From Phoronis australis (Eukaryota > Animalia > Phoronida), in NCBI GenBank assembly GCA_002633005.1, contig NMRA01000054.1, forward strand, positions 85,006 through 149,005: DNA of 64,000 nt. The letters are read 5' to 3'. Every line of letters begins with the position of its first letter. Position 1 is the first letter of the stretch. A model generated the notes under the pieces. It was not told where the DNA came from, ran no database searches, and saw only the letters and a program-made list of their open reading frames with translations. The position numbers and the translations under genes are program-made. Shown here in pieces: positions 37,101-47,398 of this stretch.

Positions 37101-40100
37101 GTCCGTATTTTTTCTAGCTGTTCGAGTAACGCGGAGTACAACTACGCGGATAAGCGACCAGAGCTATCGTAGCGAGCCTCGTTTTGGAACGCGCCTCCTG
37201 TCGGCGTGAATAGGGTCTATAGTGAATTTACCGTCATCGTGTACTGAATTTAAAAGAACAGAAACGTTCAAACGTGTACACGCATGCATGTCAATCTACC
37301 AATCCACAATCAAAGTTGAGACTGGATGAACAACATATTTGCATATTTGACGATCATTTTCAACTCAAAATTTGAAAATGTGTACATTTCTACCGTACTG
37401 TGCTTGCAATTAAACCAAAATAGCAGAATAACAAATCTCAATTTTCTGCTGTTTTGTTTCTTGGCCGAGTTTAAGGCATTCACACCGCACTACTTTTTGG
37501 GAGCTCTCCCGCTGCTATGTACAAAACATGTAGCTTACTTAGGTTGTAGGGCTAGACTTTTGATGCTTAGGAATAGACATTCACATGTGGACTCACTTGT
37601 TACCCTTTGGTGTAGCCACCACGTACGTGGTTTATGAATAACATAAAGTCTACTCTTATCGTATGCACGATCCTGTCATCTGCACAAACAGCAGCACTCC
37701 GACGAAGTTTGTCATGTACGGCCCGATGTCACGAGAAGCACAAGAATCAAATTATAACTAACTTAGTTATCATTGTAGTTAGAAGCACCAGTAGTTGCAA
37801 CAATTTTGGTGTTATTGTCCATTCATATCCTTTCTTTAACGAATAAGTTGGAGCTGGAACTTTTCAGCGGGGGAGGGGTTCGATGATCGAACTCCCGGAT
37901 CCCCCCCCCCCCCNCCCCCGGCTACAAAGGTGACCCATAAACTAGAATCTTTATTTAATTCAACTGCAATTCACTCACTATTTCCAAAACGATTATACAT
38001 AGTGGTTGGATACCCCTCCCCCAATGTGGCTGCCCGGGGCCGTCGCCACGGTGACTTAGCACCATATACAACATCTATGAATAATTAATTCGAACGTGTT
38101 TCATATTCACTATAAAGACAAAAAGCGAACAGTTCCATTGTCCGCATATCTGTGTCGTGCAAATGAAATGATTGTTAAACTGAACTGAAAATCTGTCAGG
38201 ACTCGTTATACCCACGAATTGTGAAAAACGTGTTCCCACAGCTTTGATAGTTTCCACGAAATCTAACACGACCATACGTAGCAAATACGAGGTGCCGCAG
38301 ACGTGTTTTCAGCATTTTTGGAGAACACCATACCAAACATATATGGACTGTTCCAAAGAGAGGTCAACAGCCGATCTACTCAAGTTCTTCCTCGTGGGTC
38401 GCACTGAGAATGCACCGTTTTCCAGCCCTTCATGTTATATTGGGTGTGCCAATTTCAACTTTTGGTAAACAATGTTCCCCATCTGGTGTAGTTCGGGCGG
38501 TACAGGGCAAAGAATACGTCCACCATAGTCGGGAAAATATTGATATAGCCACTGACGTCATTGTTCTTGACGCATCTCTGGAGTACTCTGTGGGCTCAGC
38601 TTATAATAAAGATGGAGATTGCCCAAAACTAATCAGTTTTGCAAAATTTGCCACTAATCACTGTGTGAAATGAAGGTAGTTGGCGCGCGTACATAACGCA
38701 TACGACAGCAAAAGACGGAATTTCGATTATTATTCGTTTTAGCAGTTGCATCAAATGACTCGTCCAAAAACAGAGGGACGCAGTTTAGACTGGTAAAATA
38801 GGACAACGAAAAATCGAAATTCGTGCACACGCAATGTGCTATCCGTCTCGGACGGGTTTTTAGGTTTTGTTTTTAATAGTGAATCATGCGGAGTATCCCG
38901 ATGCTTTCGCATGGACTTGTGAGGTCGCTGCAACATCAGGCGCGATATTTCTGGTTTTCGTGCCCTCACGTAAACTTCCGGACAAAAACCTTTCACCTTG
39001 TGTTGTGACCTTGTCGTAGGGACTCAGGGTCTTTATCAAAAATCGAAGTGCCTGGTTCCTCAATGTGATGCTTATTCATTGTGAATGAGCTTATAATCAA
39101 TTTTGTTTCGACTCTTTATTTGTCTGATTAGGGCATCTTACTGCTGTGCCACGTGATGCTGAACATCGGGCGATTGGTTTCAAACGGTTACCTGGTGGGT
39201 TTATCTAGCTCAACTCAGGTACTTGGGCGCGTCTGGCGGGGATAACCCACCACTAGATTTGTCTGGCAGTGTTTATTCGTGATACCTAGGCTTACAGTGA
39301 ATATTTTGGAACTGGTTTCATGCGGTTACCTCTTGGATTGATCTAGCTCAATTTTTTACCTTGTTTATAACTGTCTGGCTGATACTCCCCACCACTAAAA
39401 ATGTCTGGCAGTGACCAATTTTGATACAGTGATTTACGTAGTAGGTATCCAAGACAGTTTGAAGTGGTTAACAGAAAAGTTGATCTAGCTCAATTTTTGA
39501 GTGGCATTCTCTTGGCTCCCCTGGCCACACCCACCAGAGCGAACCTGCCAGACGCCATTTCCAAGCATTGAGATACCCTGAGAGCCCTGTGGCACCATAG
39601 AAGATTGGTTACCTTTTTATGCCCAAAAAAGCTCTGGGATCCCGGTCTATTACTCTTTAACGCGTTAGGCGAACGGATAAAGTGAGGCCCACTAAGGTGC
39701 TTGTTGCGGCGAGATTATATCGGCGGCTGAACAAGTGCAGTCGTCAGGGAGGGGGGTCCAGTCATTCTATGAATACCTTTTTCGATTCAAACCAAAGTTG
39801 AGAAGCCAATGGCGTTGCTTTCAAACAGTAAATTAGCCTTTGAAAAAAATAAGTGTTATAACATCAGGCCTGATTGTAGAAATTCTGTGATCCTGATAAA
39901 AAGTCGATTGATTAAGTTATATATTTTAGAAAATGCAATGACATTAAATGCCTTTACAGTCAAGTTTTTAATTAAGAATTATCTGTTGAGCACTACTAAG
40001 GTTTGGATTTTATATGATTTTATTTTATCGTTTCATTTTATTCATATTTAAACCTGGCTTGTGAGCCTCGTGTTACTCATTTTTATTTACTTCTTGTCAC

Positions 40101-43100
40101 TTTTGTACCCGTTTATTCTATTTTCTTACAATTCCTTCCAAAACGTATGTAAGTGAAATAAAGTGCTGAAACATTAAAAGCATAACCACTCAAAGACCAT
40201 CAGTTTCGAAGCAAACTCACTGTGATATCCTTCGCCAGGTTCATATCCCTCGTTGATTAGTCGTCGACTTTCTACAATCATCTCGAAAGCTGGCTTTCCG
40301 CCAGAGATCATGTTCTCTTCATGGTTCTGATAAGGGTGACGATCAGGGCAGTCGTCTACAACAAATGTGGTCATTAAAGTGAACGCTTCAGGGCTAAAAA
40401 GTAAGTCCCCAGATGTCAGTTTCATGAGAACATAAATATTTAGGGAATCAAGGCACGTCTGGATTTGGGTACAGGTTACGTAAAGAACGCGTTGTGCAAT
40501 ACATATATTGGGAGTCTTTTAAGTGATTTAAGCCGGTACTCGGCTCAATTTCAGACGGGAGGCATACGGACAAGACGCTCAAAATGGTGGCCTTTTCAAG
40601 ACCAATTTAATTCTCTACGAAAAGGGCCGTCTTCTGACATATTGCCTTCGAAATGGTGCGTTTTTTGTCACAATTCCGTACGGAAAAGTACTTTCTCCAA
40701 CACAATTCCCGTTAAAACACTGTGAAATTGGTCTCAAATTGTTCTTTAGTCAATTTTTAGGTGGTTTTAAAAGAGGAGTACATTCGTATCACATGAAATC
40801 ATGCTTTACAAGTAGGCTTTTTACAGCATTTCATTTTATGTGCCAAGCATAAACGTCACAACTTTCAGATCAGTAGCAAACTGATCTAACTAGACACCAA
40901 GTTTATATCGGTAAGTTGTCTACATCCAACGTTCGCTTCTCGGAGAGAACACACTCGGTTGCCTGAAGTGAATTTTTATCTTTACTTAAAGTAATACACA
41001 TGGTCCAACACAGACGATGAGCTACATGTATGTACATGGAATACAAATTTGCAAACATACCGGTAATACATGTAGCGGCTAACGTCTCCGCCTAGTAATG
41101 AGGCGCAGAGATTTTGCTTAGCAAGGGCATATGGCTCAGGATTCTTTCACCTCGCGAGCACAAGCCTTCCAAATATGTGGGTGCGGTGAACTAAATGCTA
41201 AGAGGATAAACAACCCCCTCGGCCTTCACGATCCATGACCCCCTCAATCCACGACCCCCTCGACCCAAAATCCCCACGAGCCACGACCGCCTCGACCCAT
41301 AACCCAAACGAGCCAAGACCCACAACCCCCTCGACCTACGGGCCTCTGGCAATAGATGTATCGTTGCGCTCTTTACACATTTCATAATCATATTATGTCG
41401 CTGAGTGACTTTCCCCATAAGACTTACCTACACGCGAATCTGCTCTTGCTCAAGTCAGAGACCGGTCTCAATCTTTTTACTCGAAATAGAACTCGAAATT
41501 ATGTTTGGCATTTTCTATTCTACTTTTGTGCGAAGTCAAGGTTAGTGTCTATTATTCTATGCTCGAGTACATAATGGCTTACATGAATAATTTATTAGGA
41601 AAATTACAGTTGATAAACCCAACATTAAGGCTAAATGTTAGAGTTTGAACTCGAAATTTCGAGTTTTTACTCGTGTTTGTAGCACGACTATAAGGGTGAT
41701 CAAGAGCAAACTTGGACTAGAAACTCACATGCGCAAACTATAATGTATTTGAACACAGTCTGATAACCACTTATCTTGAGTTCGCACAAAAGGAGCAGAG
41801 AACAAGCCAAAAATAATTTCGAGTTCGTTTCGAGAACAAGGATCTGCTCTGGCTCAAGTCTGGTGGCTCACTAAAGTGGCGACAATATCATCTGAAATAG
41901 CGGATTGTGAGCGTGCTATCCTTTTCACGGAAATAGTTCCACGAGCAGTTACCAATGGCCCTAAACGTGAATGCACATAATTTCACATTTTTTTATTATT
42001 TGCTTTCTGTTGTATACTCGTTAACAATACACTCCATGTAACGTTGAGATATTTTAGTTAACAGTTTGTTTTTTTCAAATTGTACTTATTGAAGAAATTG
42101 CATATTTGTCGGTTCCTCGCGTTCTCCCAAAAAAGCTTGAGCCTGCCATTCACTGAAGAGCAGACGAAACGATTACACTCTGTAACGTTGTTAGGTTTTT
42201 TATTTGATTTGATCACGTTGTTTTTTTTTCCGCTTTCAAACTTGGCGAATCGACTCGTTTAGCAGGGAAAAGTCAGTCGAGCTCACGGTCAAACTCGTTG
42301 GTGATGTAAGTCAGCGCTTGTTCTAGGATCAGATCGAGTAACTTGTGTAGACCGGATCGAGGGGGTCGTGGGTCAATTTAGAACATTCCTGGAATTATTG
42401 TATCACTTGATCACTTGAAAACAACGACTAGCTCTCCCTTGTTCAAATGGCCGGTGATCAAAATGTGTTGTCTGACCTTCAAAAAGCGATGACCTCACGC
42501 TATAAACTAGTTGCCTGGACCCAAAACACGATGACCAGAGATCAAACAGGACGGCCGGACTTCCTCAGAGATTCCACTTTGAATGTCTGGAAGTGACATC
42601 TAGCGTTTATTTTTCGCACTCGCTTTAGGTTCGGCCAATCATTTTTAGGTGAGGCTATCTGATTTCGAGGTACCGGCCAGCCCTTTTTGAGGTCCGACCA
42701 ACAAGTTAGAACATCGGCCATTTGGTTTTGTAGTTCAACTAGCTGGTTTCGTAGTACGTGCAAGTGGTTTTGAAGTCCGACCAATTGCTGATTACCCCCT
42801 TGTTAACGGTTGTAAAGATGATTCATCGTCGGTTTTTGGCGAACGTATGCGCACCAATCGTACATAAAGTGACCCTGTACACTGTTCACTTGTTTACCAG
42901 TATGTGAGAGTAGCCTACTCAACGAAAACAATGCACATGGCACACTCTAACTATGAAACGCAAATTTCCACCGAAGGTGTTACGCTAATAAGTTTCTTGA
43001 ATAAGCAGTAACTGAATCATTGGATAATTTTATTGAGTCGTTACTTCCTTATTTCAACTAGACATGAGAACCCACCAATGCAGAGGGGTGTGAGTAGTAT

Positions 43101-43398
43101 GATAGCAGAAACTCACAACAGCGCCCGTTTATACCGTGTTCCTTGTGAACAGAAAAAAGACCATTCTATTAACATTAGACCCTGTGTCACTTTTACAGCG
43201 ACAGTTTGGTGGTGACATCCATCATGAACAGTCTTGAGCTTCTTGATCAATTAACTCTTTAAAATTTTTTTGACAAAGCACATAAAACCACTGAACTTTT
43301 ATGTGCTGTTGCGAAGATGAGTTCCATATGGAGCAAAAACAAATCTTACCTGCTTTGATAACAGATAACCAAAACACTATCAAGACGAGTAGCCGCAT
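15944..43398 (-). CDS. Gene B: secreted protein with two reeler domains, a charged low-complexity block and an anaphylatoxin-like Cys module (12 exons, about 770 aa)
   Basis: Exons in transcript order: 43398-43350, 40355-40221, 32122-31906, 31633-31536, 28989-28852, 27733-27520, 26917-26823, 26373-25565, 20996-20927, 17670-17457, 16890-16795, 16121-15944. All are GT-AG, the phases chain without a break, and the lengths sum to 2313 nt (771 codons). The reeler motifs GYEPG.xY and WxAPxCGCVxxWATV each occur twice. The 3' exon chain is less certain than exons 1-8. Confidence 0.72.
16659..16727. repeat. (GT)n/(GCGT)n compound microsatellite
   Basis: Directly visible. Confidence 0.9.
16795..16890 (-). 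CDS. Gene B exon 11 (96 nt, phase 2-2)
   Basis: atttttctag|TCGCGAG...AACCT|gtatgt; RETAFELYPIPTMFSSNEKGDNSTAEGEWSN. It is symmetric, so it could be skipped. Confidence 0.5.
17457..17670 (-). CDS. Gene B exon 10: basic anaphylatoxin-like six-Cys module (phase 1-2)
   Basis: KRCCLLGKSSGQKMPRRFRWRNCARSSSALVKKLLSSGRRLKKTCMKVAKACCFRYK matches the CC-x2-G...C...C-x6-CC pattern of anaphylatoxin and fibulin ANATO domains. Sites ttcttcaag| and AG|gtagat. Confidence 0.75.
18164..18925 (-). mobile_element. 3' fragment of an L2-group LINE with (AAAT)n tail
   Basis: IIQPHVDYCLPVW...IQNRAARAIL...CINGLAPAYL...GKRSFIYAAAIIWNS. The 3' hairpin region GAGGGTGGCC...GAGGGCCCTC is shared with the copy at 21158. 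Confidence 0.85.
18995..20310 (-). mobile_element. 3' end of an Academ-like DNA transposon
   Basis: ORF 20035-20310 ends in the Cys8 motif CNC..AC...RCSCRKNGLAC..TCGLC...CNN. TAGCGGACGAACACCC terminus at 18995 with repeated CAAGATGGC subterminal motifs. The family name is from memory of AcademX architecture. Confidence 0.65.
20329..20423. repeat. Short foldback hairpin element
   Basis: ATGAAGTAATAT...ATATTACTTCAT with inner ACATTATTCC/GGAATAATGT arms. Confidence 0.6.
20501..20657. mobile_element. CAG...CTG MITE (hAT5-like)
   Basis: Reverse-complement match to 36090-36251; flanks AGTTG/AATTG (imperfect 5-bp TSD). Confidence 0.7.
20927..20996 (-). CDS. Gene B exon 9: acidic linker (phase 0-1)
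   Basis: tttattctag|CATGAG...AAATACG|gtatgg; HEVISSTEETPTDVEDYLDEDKY. Confidence 0.65.
21158..22130 (-). mobile_element. Second, internally deleted copy of the same L2-group LINE
   Basis: Same 3' end as the 18164 copy; LGLILDP...KLSKKSGVLKRL...LKTLYHSIIHPHIGYC. Confidence 0.8.
25565..26373 (-). CDS. Gene B exon 8: low-complexity region with alternating D/E blocks and R/W/G/H blocks
   Basis: Open frame 25553-26407 in the ORF track. Acceptor ttactag|CG (phase 1) and donor TGG|gttagt (phase 0). If the donor is not used, the frame stops at 25553. Confidence 0.8.
26823..26917 (-). CDS. Gene B exon 7: reeler domain 2, C-terminal part (phase 2-1)
   Basis: gtctgcag|GGCTACA...GAAGACT|gtaagt; ATVLTEKRTLFSGEYEDLTFVSRRICRKGED, paralogous to exon 4. 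Confidence 0.88.
27520..27733 (-). CDS. Gene B exon 6: reeler domain 2 core (phase 1-2)
   Basis: tttttttcaag|TTGACGTC...GTATG|gtgagc; ends ...KEIVKFTWQAPNCGCVTVW, paralogous to exon 3. Confidence 0.88.
28852..28989 (-). CDS. Gene B exon 5: reeler domain 2, N-terminal part (phase 1-1)
   Basis: caattgcag|TTCATTGT...TACAATT|gtacgt; HCPQPYPAKYYGDNVLPDGTPAFEMKVHEDICASGEGYEPGIEYN, paralogous to exon 2. Confidence 0.85.
29480..30790 (-). mobile_element. Second HINE-like element, inverted relative to 5715-6830
   Basis: Reverse complement of the ATGCGCCCAC...ATATGTGG head at 30756-30786, and the same GCCACTAG.GGG tandem units. Confidence 0.75.
31353..31386 (-). other. Candidate 34-nt micro-exon between the two reeler domains (contains a stop as assembled)
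   Basis: Strong sites ttttaccgttcag| and GAAG|gtgagt. Reads FPHDLFCCAL* in phase. Removing one T from the TTTT run gives an in-frame 33-nt linker, FPHDLFVARYE. Confidence 0.5.
31536..31633 (-). CDS. Gene B exon 4: reeler domain 1, C-terminal part (phase 2-1)
   Basis: atttcag|GGCTACA...GTGAAT|gtaagt; ATVLSDSGLFYSDDSKFTGGVLSKTFCMKERE. Confidence 0.88.
31906..32122 (-). CDS. Gene B exon 3: reeler domain 1 core (phase 1-2)
   Basis: aatacag|TGCAGGTC...CTATG|gtgagg; ends ...RRIVKFEWRAPHCGCVTLW. Confidence 0.88.
32429..32470 (-). ncRNA. Minimal type-I hammerhead ribozyme-like motif (Penelope pseudo-LTR type)
   Basis: CAC CTGACGA T GGCCGG agaagaga CCGACC GAAA C GTC GTG: intact CUGANGA/GAAA core, stem II, GUC site and a short stem I. 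Confidence 0.55.
34553..34940. mobile_element. Foldback MITE (copy 1; copy 2 at 41457-41841)
   Basis: TTTTGTGCGAACTCAAGATAAG / CTTATCTTGAGTTCGCACAAAA inverted arms. The two copies align along their length. Confidence 0.7.
35281..37221. mobile_element. Non-autonomous TIR element of 1.9 kb with nested MITEs
   Basis: TATAGACTCTATTCACGC...CCAAAGCGAGGCTTACTGCGATA versus TATCGTAGCGAGCCTCGTTTTGG...GCGTGAATAGGGTCTATA. Confidence 0.65.
36090..36251. mobile_element. CAG...CTG MITE with perfect 5-bp TSD (hAT5-like)
   Basis: GAACA|CAGTGCCAGATT...AATCCCCCCTG|GAACA. Confidence 0.75.
40221..40355 (-). CDS. Gene B exon 2: reeler domain 1, N-terminal part (phase 1-1)
   Basis: ttgttgtag|ACGACTGC...TATCACA|gtgagt; DCPDRHPYQNHEENMISGGKPAFEMIVESRRLINEGYEPGEGYH. 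Confidence 0.85.
41457..41841. mobile_element. Foldback MITE copy 2, flanked by a 19-bp direct repeat
   Basis: Matches 34553-34940; flanks ATCTGCTCTTGCTCAAGTC (41438-41456) and ATCTGCTCTGGCTCAAGTC (41842-41860). Confidence 0.7.
43350..43398 (-). CDS. Gene B exon 1: signal peptide
   Basis: ATG at 43398; MRLLVLIVFWLSVIKA G|gtaaga. Basic N-terminus, hydrophobic core and a small residue at -1. Confidence 0.8.
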
Positions 43399-43483
43399 TT
43401 TCGCCAGCTGTGGCCGACAAACAGCACCTGTTCGCAGTCTCGACTCAGGCTGTAGAATGTTTCCCTCGCAGTTCCTGTTTTCA

Positions 43484-43489
43484 TTTATA
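43484..43489 (-). promoter_or_regulatory. Candidate TATA box of gene B
   Basis: TATAAA on the minus strand about 90 nt upstream of the ATG. Positional evidence only. Confidence 0.35.
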
Positions 43490-43649
43490 AACGGTTCCAG
43501 ATCATGTTGACTCGGCTTTCTCGCAATGACCTTTGCGTTCCGAGGGGTCACTACTCATTCTTACTTAGACTAGATTGATAAAAATCTTACGACGAAGTAT
43601 CTTTTATTTCTTGAAATTATATACAACGTATGAAATTCACCATAGTTAC

Positions 43650-44096
43650 CCCAGTGCCGGGTTGCATGAAACAGTCCCAATAGGGACTCAACTAAGTTCG
43701 CTAAATATTTTGCCTGTTTGTGTCTTTTTTGTACACAGATGTAATCTTTTTCTATCATTTCATCATTATTATGAGCTCCTCTTTGTTCAATTAAATTTTC
43801 TAATACCACTTCTAAGTACTGATCCCTGAATTCAATGACAATAAATAGGGCCGGACTTAGTCCTTAAGTTAGGTGCGCTTAATGAAAAGATGCTTATTTA
43901 TTTTCGATAACATCGAGAATTCAACGTCAAGTTCACTCTCGATTTGTATCAAAACCAATAATTGACTTAGTAATGAGACTAAAACAACATTAATAAAGGA
44001 CAATCAGTGTTTTCGACAAGTCCACTAATACGCAGTAGATTTAGGGAATTTAGTTGAGTCCCTATTTGGTACTGTTTCATGCAACCGGGCACAGGG
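43650..44096. mobile_element. MITE with TIRs of about 55 bp just upstream of gene B
   Basis: GTGCCGGGTTGCATGAAACAGTCCCAATAGGGACTCAACTAA versus TTAGTTGAGTCCCTATTTGGTACTGTTTCATGCAACCGGGCAC. Confidence 0.75.
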
Positions 44097-47000
44097 TGAT
44101 ATTCACACAATATTCGGCACGACTTAGTCTTTGCACCACGCAGGGAGTGTGGCTTCTGTTGTTTCTATCAATGACGTGTTTCAGCAGACTGCGTGAATTT
44201 GATACACTAACAACAAAGCGATCTACTGTTGGCGGAGACTGGCCCTGCTAGACCGTTAATCGGGTCTTTCTTAAAATTACTTCACGAATATTAAGAGGAA
44301 ATCCGAAGCTAGAATCACACTGTTGCATTACTTCCAGTTTACAGGCACAATATTCCCGTCTCACCCATAGTTCATCGTCAACTTGTTCCAAACATAACGT
44401 TTTGAGCTGTATGTGGAATCTTATTGTAGAAATTTCAGCCATCGAGCAAGAATCATCTGTCCAAAGGGCACAAGTACGTCACTAATCTAAGTAAGAAACA
44501 GAGTTTTACAGGCTGCGTAAATATTCTCACGTTGCTGTTGAGTTGTCAGTCTATTTCATTGTTTCTCAATCATCAATATCATCGCGAGTGGTATAGCTAC
44601 TTCTTAAACGTTTAATGCTGTCATATTCACTTTTAAACTCATTAGATTATTCCGTGAGGATGTTTTTGTTTTATTCAAATACTTGATTTTGTTAAAACGT
44701 GTTTCTATTATGTTGTCATGTTTAAACCAATCCGATCCATTGTTAATTTCTATCTCTCGCTTGATTTCCCTGCAAACTGAGCTGGAAATTTGATAGTGAT
44801 GTTGTAACAGTCAGTGAGCAAAGTTATTCTAATCGAAAACTAACATGGCCAACAAGAGTTGTCACGGTAGTCACTGTCGTGTGCCAAATGTACGGTCCAT
44901 ATGGTTGATAACTGAGAATCAAATTGAAAGGGTTAATGTACACTGGATAAGTTGTGTCATTTATTGCAAAAACGTTTGTATCATTTATTCATAACAGGGT
45001 CTTGAAATTTGCTAATTATCTCATGAAAACCATGATATATCCATGATACATTTTACCTACTCAGTATTTATGGGTTTGATAGTTTTATCGATGTTATTAC
45101 TATAGCAGATTCTTGATGTTTATTTTAACTTGTTTTGGCTTTCATTTGAGTCAGTGACAGTGGCACATCCGGTGCATCCAAACATGTATATGGTAAACTA
45201 GAGCAAGGAACTATATACATAGAGATGACACGACTGTACTCGCAAGCCAGACAGCACGTGACACGCCGTCCGCCATTTTGATGATGAACGCTATGTAAAC
45301 AAAAGCACAGTGGCCTTATGGAAGCCGGGGAATTTTCAGAATAAAATTTGAAATTTTAAGTACTGGTAACATAAAGCATTAATGTAAATATATGACCCTT
45401 GCATTTCTTAATAAACGGTCATACATGTATAAGCCATTGCAAAGACAAAATTCCTAATGCGTTGGCTGAAATTCTCAAGGAGTGCCGCTAGGGCCTGGGA
45501 GGTTTTGTAGGCTCAGTCGAAAAGACAATCACTGTATCAAATGTATCAAGTTTAGAAAATGATATTATACAGCAACATGATTAACCTTTTTCGTCGTTAT
45601 AATGGTATAGTACCTAATTTTCAAATGTTTATAAACCGACAAGACGATCAGCTGTCAAGGGGGCCGCTCCTCCATCGCGCCATTACATCACTGTATTCCT
45701 CAAGATTTCAGTATGGGCCTAAAAATTCTTTGACCCGACGCCACGTGATTTATTCCAACAAAAAGATTTAAGACATGCGTTCATGTGAAACACTTGAACA
45801 CTAAGTAGAAGAAATTAATAGAATCCCATGGAAATCGATGAACATACAAACAGCAGTATGCGTGCGTGTGAAGTCGTGTCATTGTATGCAACAATTGACC
45901 AATGGAACTGCACATGTTTGTGTACAGTTGCATATTCGGAATTGAGGGCATAGGCCAATTTGAATAACAGTTGGGAGCAAAATTTTGCGAAAGGATAGAG
46001 TTATAGAAACTTAAATGTTAACATTATGTATTTCAATGAAAAAAGAAGAATGCACAAGTGACACCAAAAACACCCGGTACTGGTTGGTAAGGCACGCACA
46101 TATACATCCTTAGTCGCGTGTGCCGGTGAACACCTTTGCTTGGACGGCCGAAGCCGGAGGTCCCGTGTCTACCTCAGGTAATACCAAGGAACAATAATTA
46201 CATTAATATGAATACGTTTTTTCAAAAAAATAAAACGCATGTAAGGGGTGCTGAGTTGTCTCAAGGAAAATTACTTCCAGTGATACGCTCATAGCTTTTC
46301 TTTAACTATCTAGTATTACAGTGGCGGATCTAGGATATCACTGATAAGGGGGGGCAACACTTTGTGTCGGGCATCCAGCTCAAAATATAGGGGGGCTCGA
46401 ATTTCTGGGGTCTGAGCCCTCCCTCTCACAAACACACACGCACACACCCGCACACAAACTACAAGTGTCCAATATTGTTTCAGCCGCATGATAATTACCA
46501 GGGTTAGTTAATAAACTCACGCTCGTGCTGTTTTTTGACGGCATCCATTCACACAGAAACAACACAATCAGATATTGTAACCATTTCAAAAAATAAAGTT
46601 TTCATTTATTTCAAAATATGTTTAATTTGAAATATTGCCATCACGTAGTAAAATCACACTGTGACAGTAAAAGGGAAATCTCTGTCTGGTACAAAGTTCG
46701 TACTGGTATATGCACTTCACTTCAGCAAAAGTCAGATTTCAACCAACTCTTATTTAATCCCTCAATTCAGTTGGATCTGACATTTGCTGGCACAAAATTT
46801 TGTTACTATTATATTTATATTGACAACACTCAATGGTCGTTAACTGTACCCGCCATGTCCTGCATACCCAGGCATTAATAAATTGTAAATAGCAGAAGAC
46901 CATAAACAGGACAGAATATAAAAATGATGATTTTCCTCAAGTAAGACGGTTTCAGATTTTAATAGCTTGCCAGGCTACATAACATTTGTCCCATCTCTTG

Positions 47001-47240
47001 AAATCTACAGAAACAACCCATCTACCGTCCCAATATAACATTGTGTGGTGTAGTATCCCTTCCTTCGATCCTGCCCTGTTCCCAATAACCTGGCTATTTT
47101 TAATAATTCTTTGAATTGGTGTTCACTCTGTTAAAATGCCCAACTATTAATCTTGTAGTCACTTTTTGTTCTTCTTTATTGCTAGAAACTGAAACAATAT
47201 ATATCTTGGAGAGAACATAAGGTCACTAAACCCACATCGG

Positions 47241-47398
47241 CAGTACTGTAGTGGGGCGCAGTCGCACGTAGGCGCAGCCAACCACCTTTTGACATTTGAA
47301 CGTAGTGCCTATACGCACCGTAAGTTACGTTCCGTGCTCAAGGTGACACGGTAGGTTTTGGGCGCCTACTTACCTCCAATGTTACCACTACAGTACTG
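47241..47398. mobile_element. hAT-type MITE, 14-bp perfect TIR, 8-bp TSD
   Basis: CACATCGG|CAGTACTGTAGTGG...CCACTACAGTACTG|CACATCGG. Confidence 0.85.

Larger units (their letters stand above)
32678..39649 (-). mobile_element. Decayed Academ-like transposon of about 7 kb occupying most of gene B intron 2
   Basis: Long inverted arms (32678-33400 versus 39170-39649) with TAGACCGGGATCCC-type termini and internal tandem units. A frameshifted transposase remnant at about 38345-38545 reads VFFALYRPNYTRWG / HP...LENGAFSVRPTRKNLSRSAVDLSLEQSI. Confidence 0.65.
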
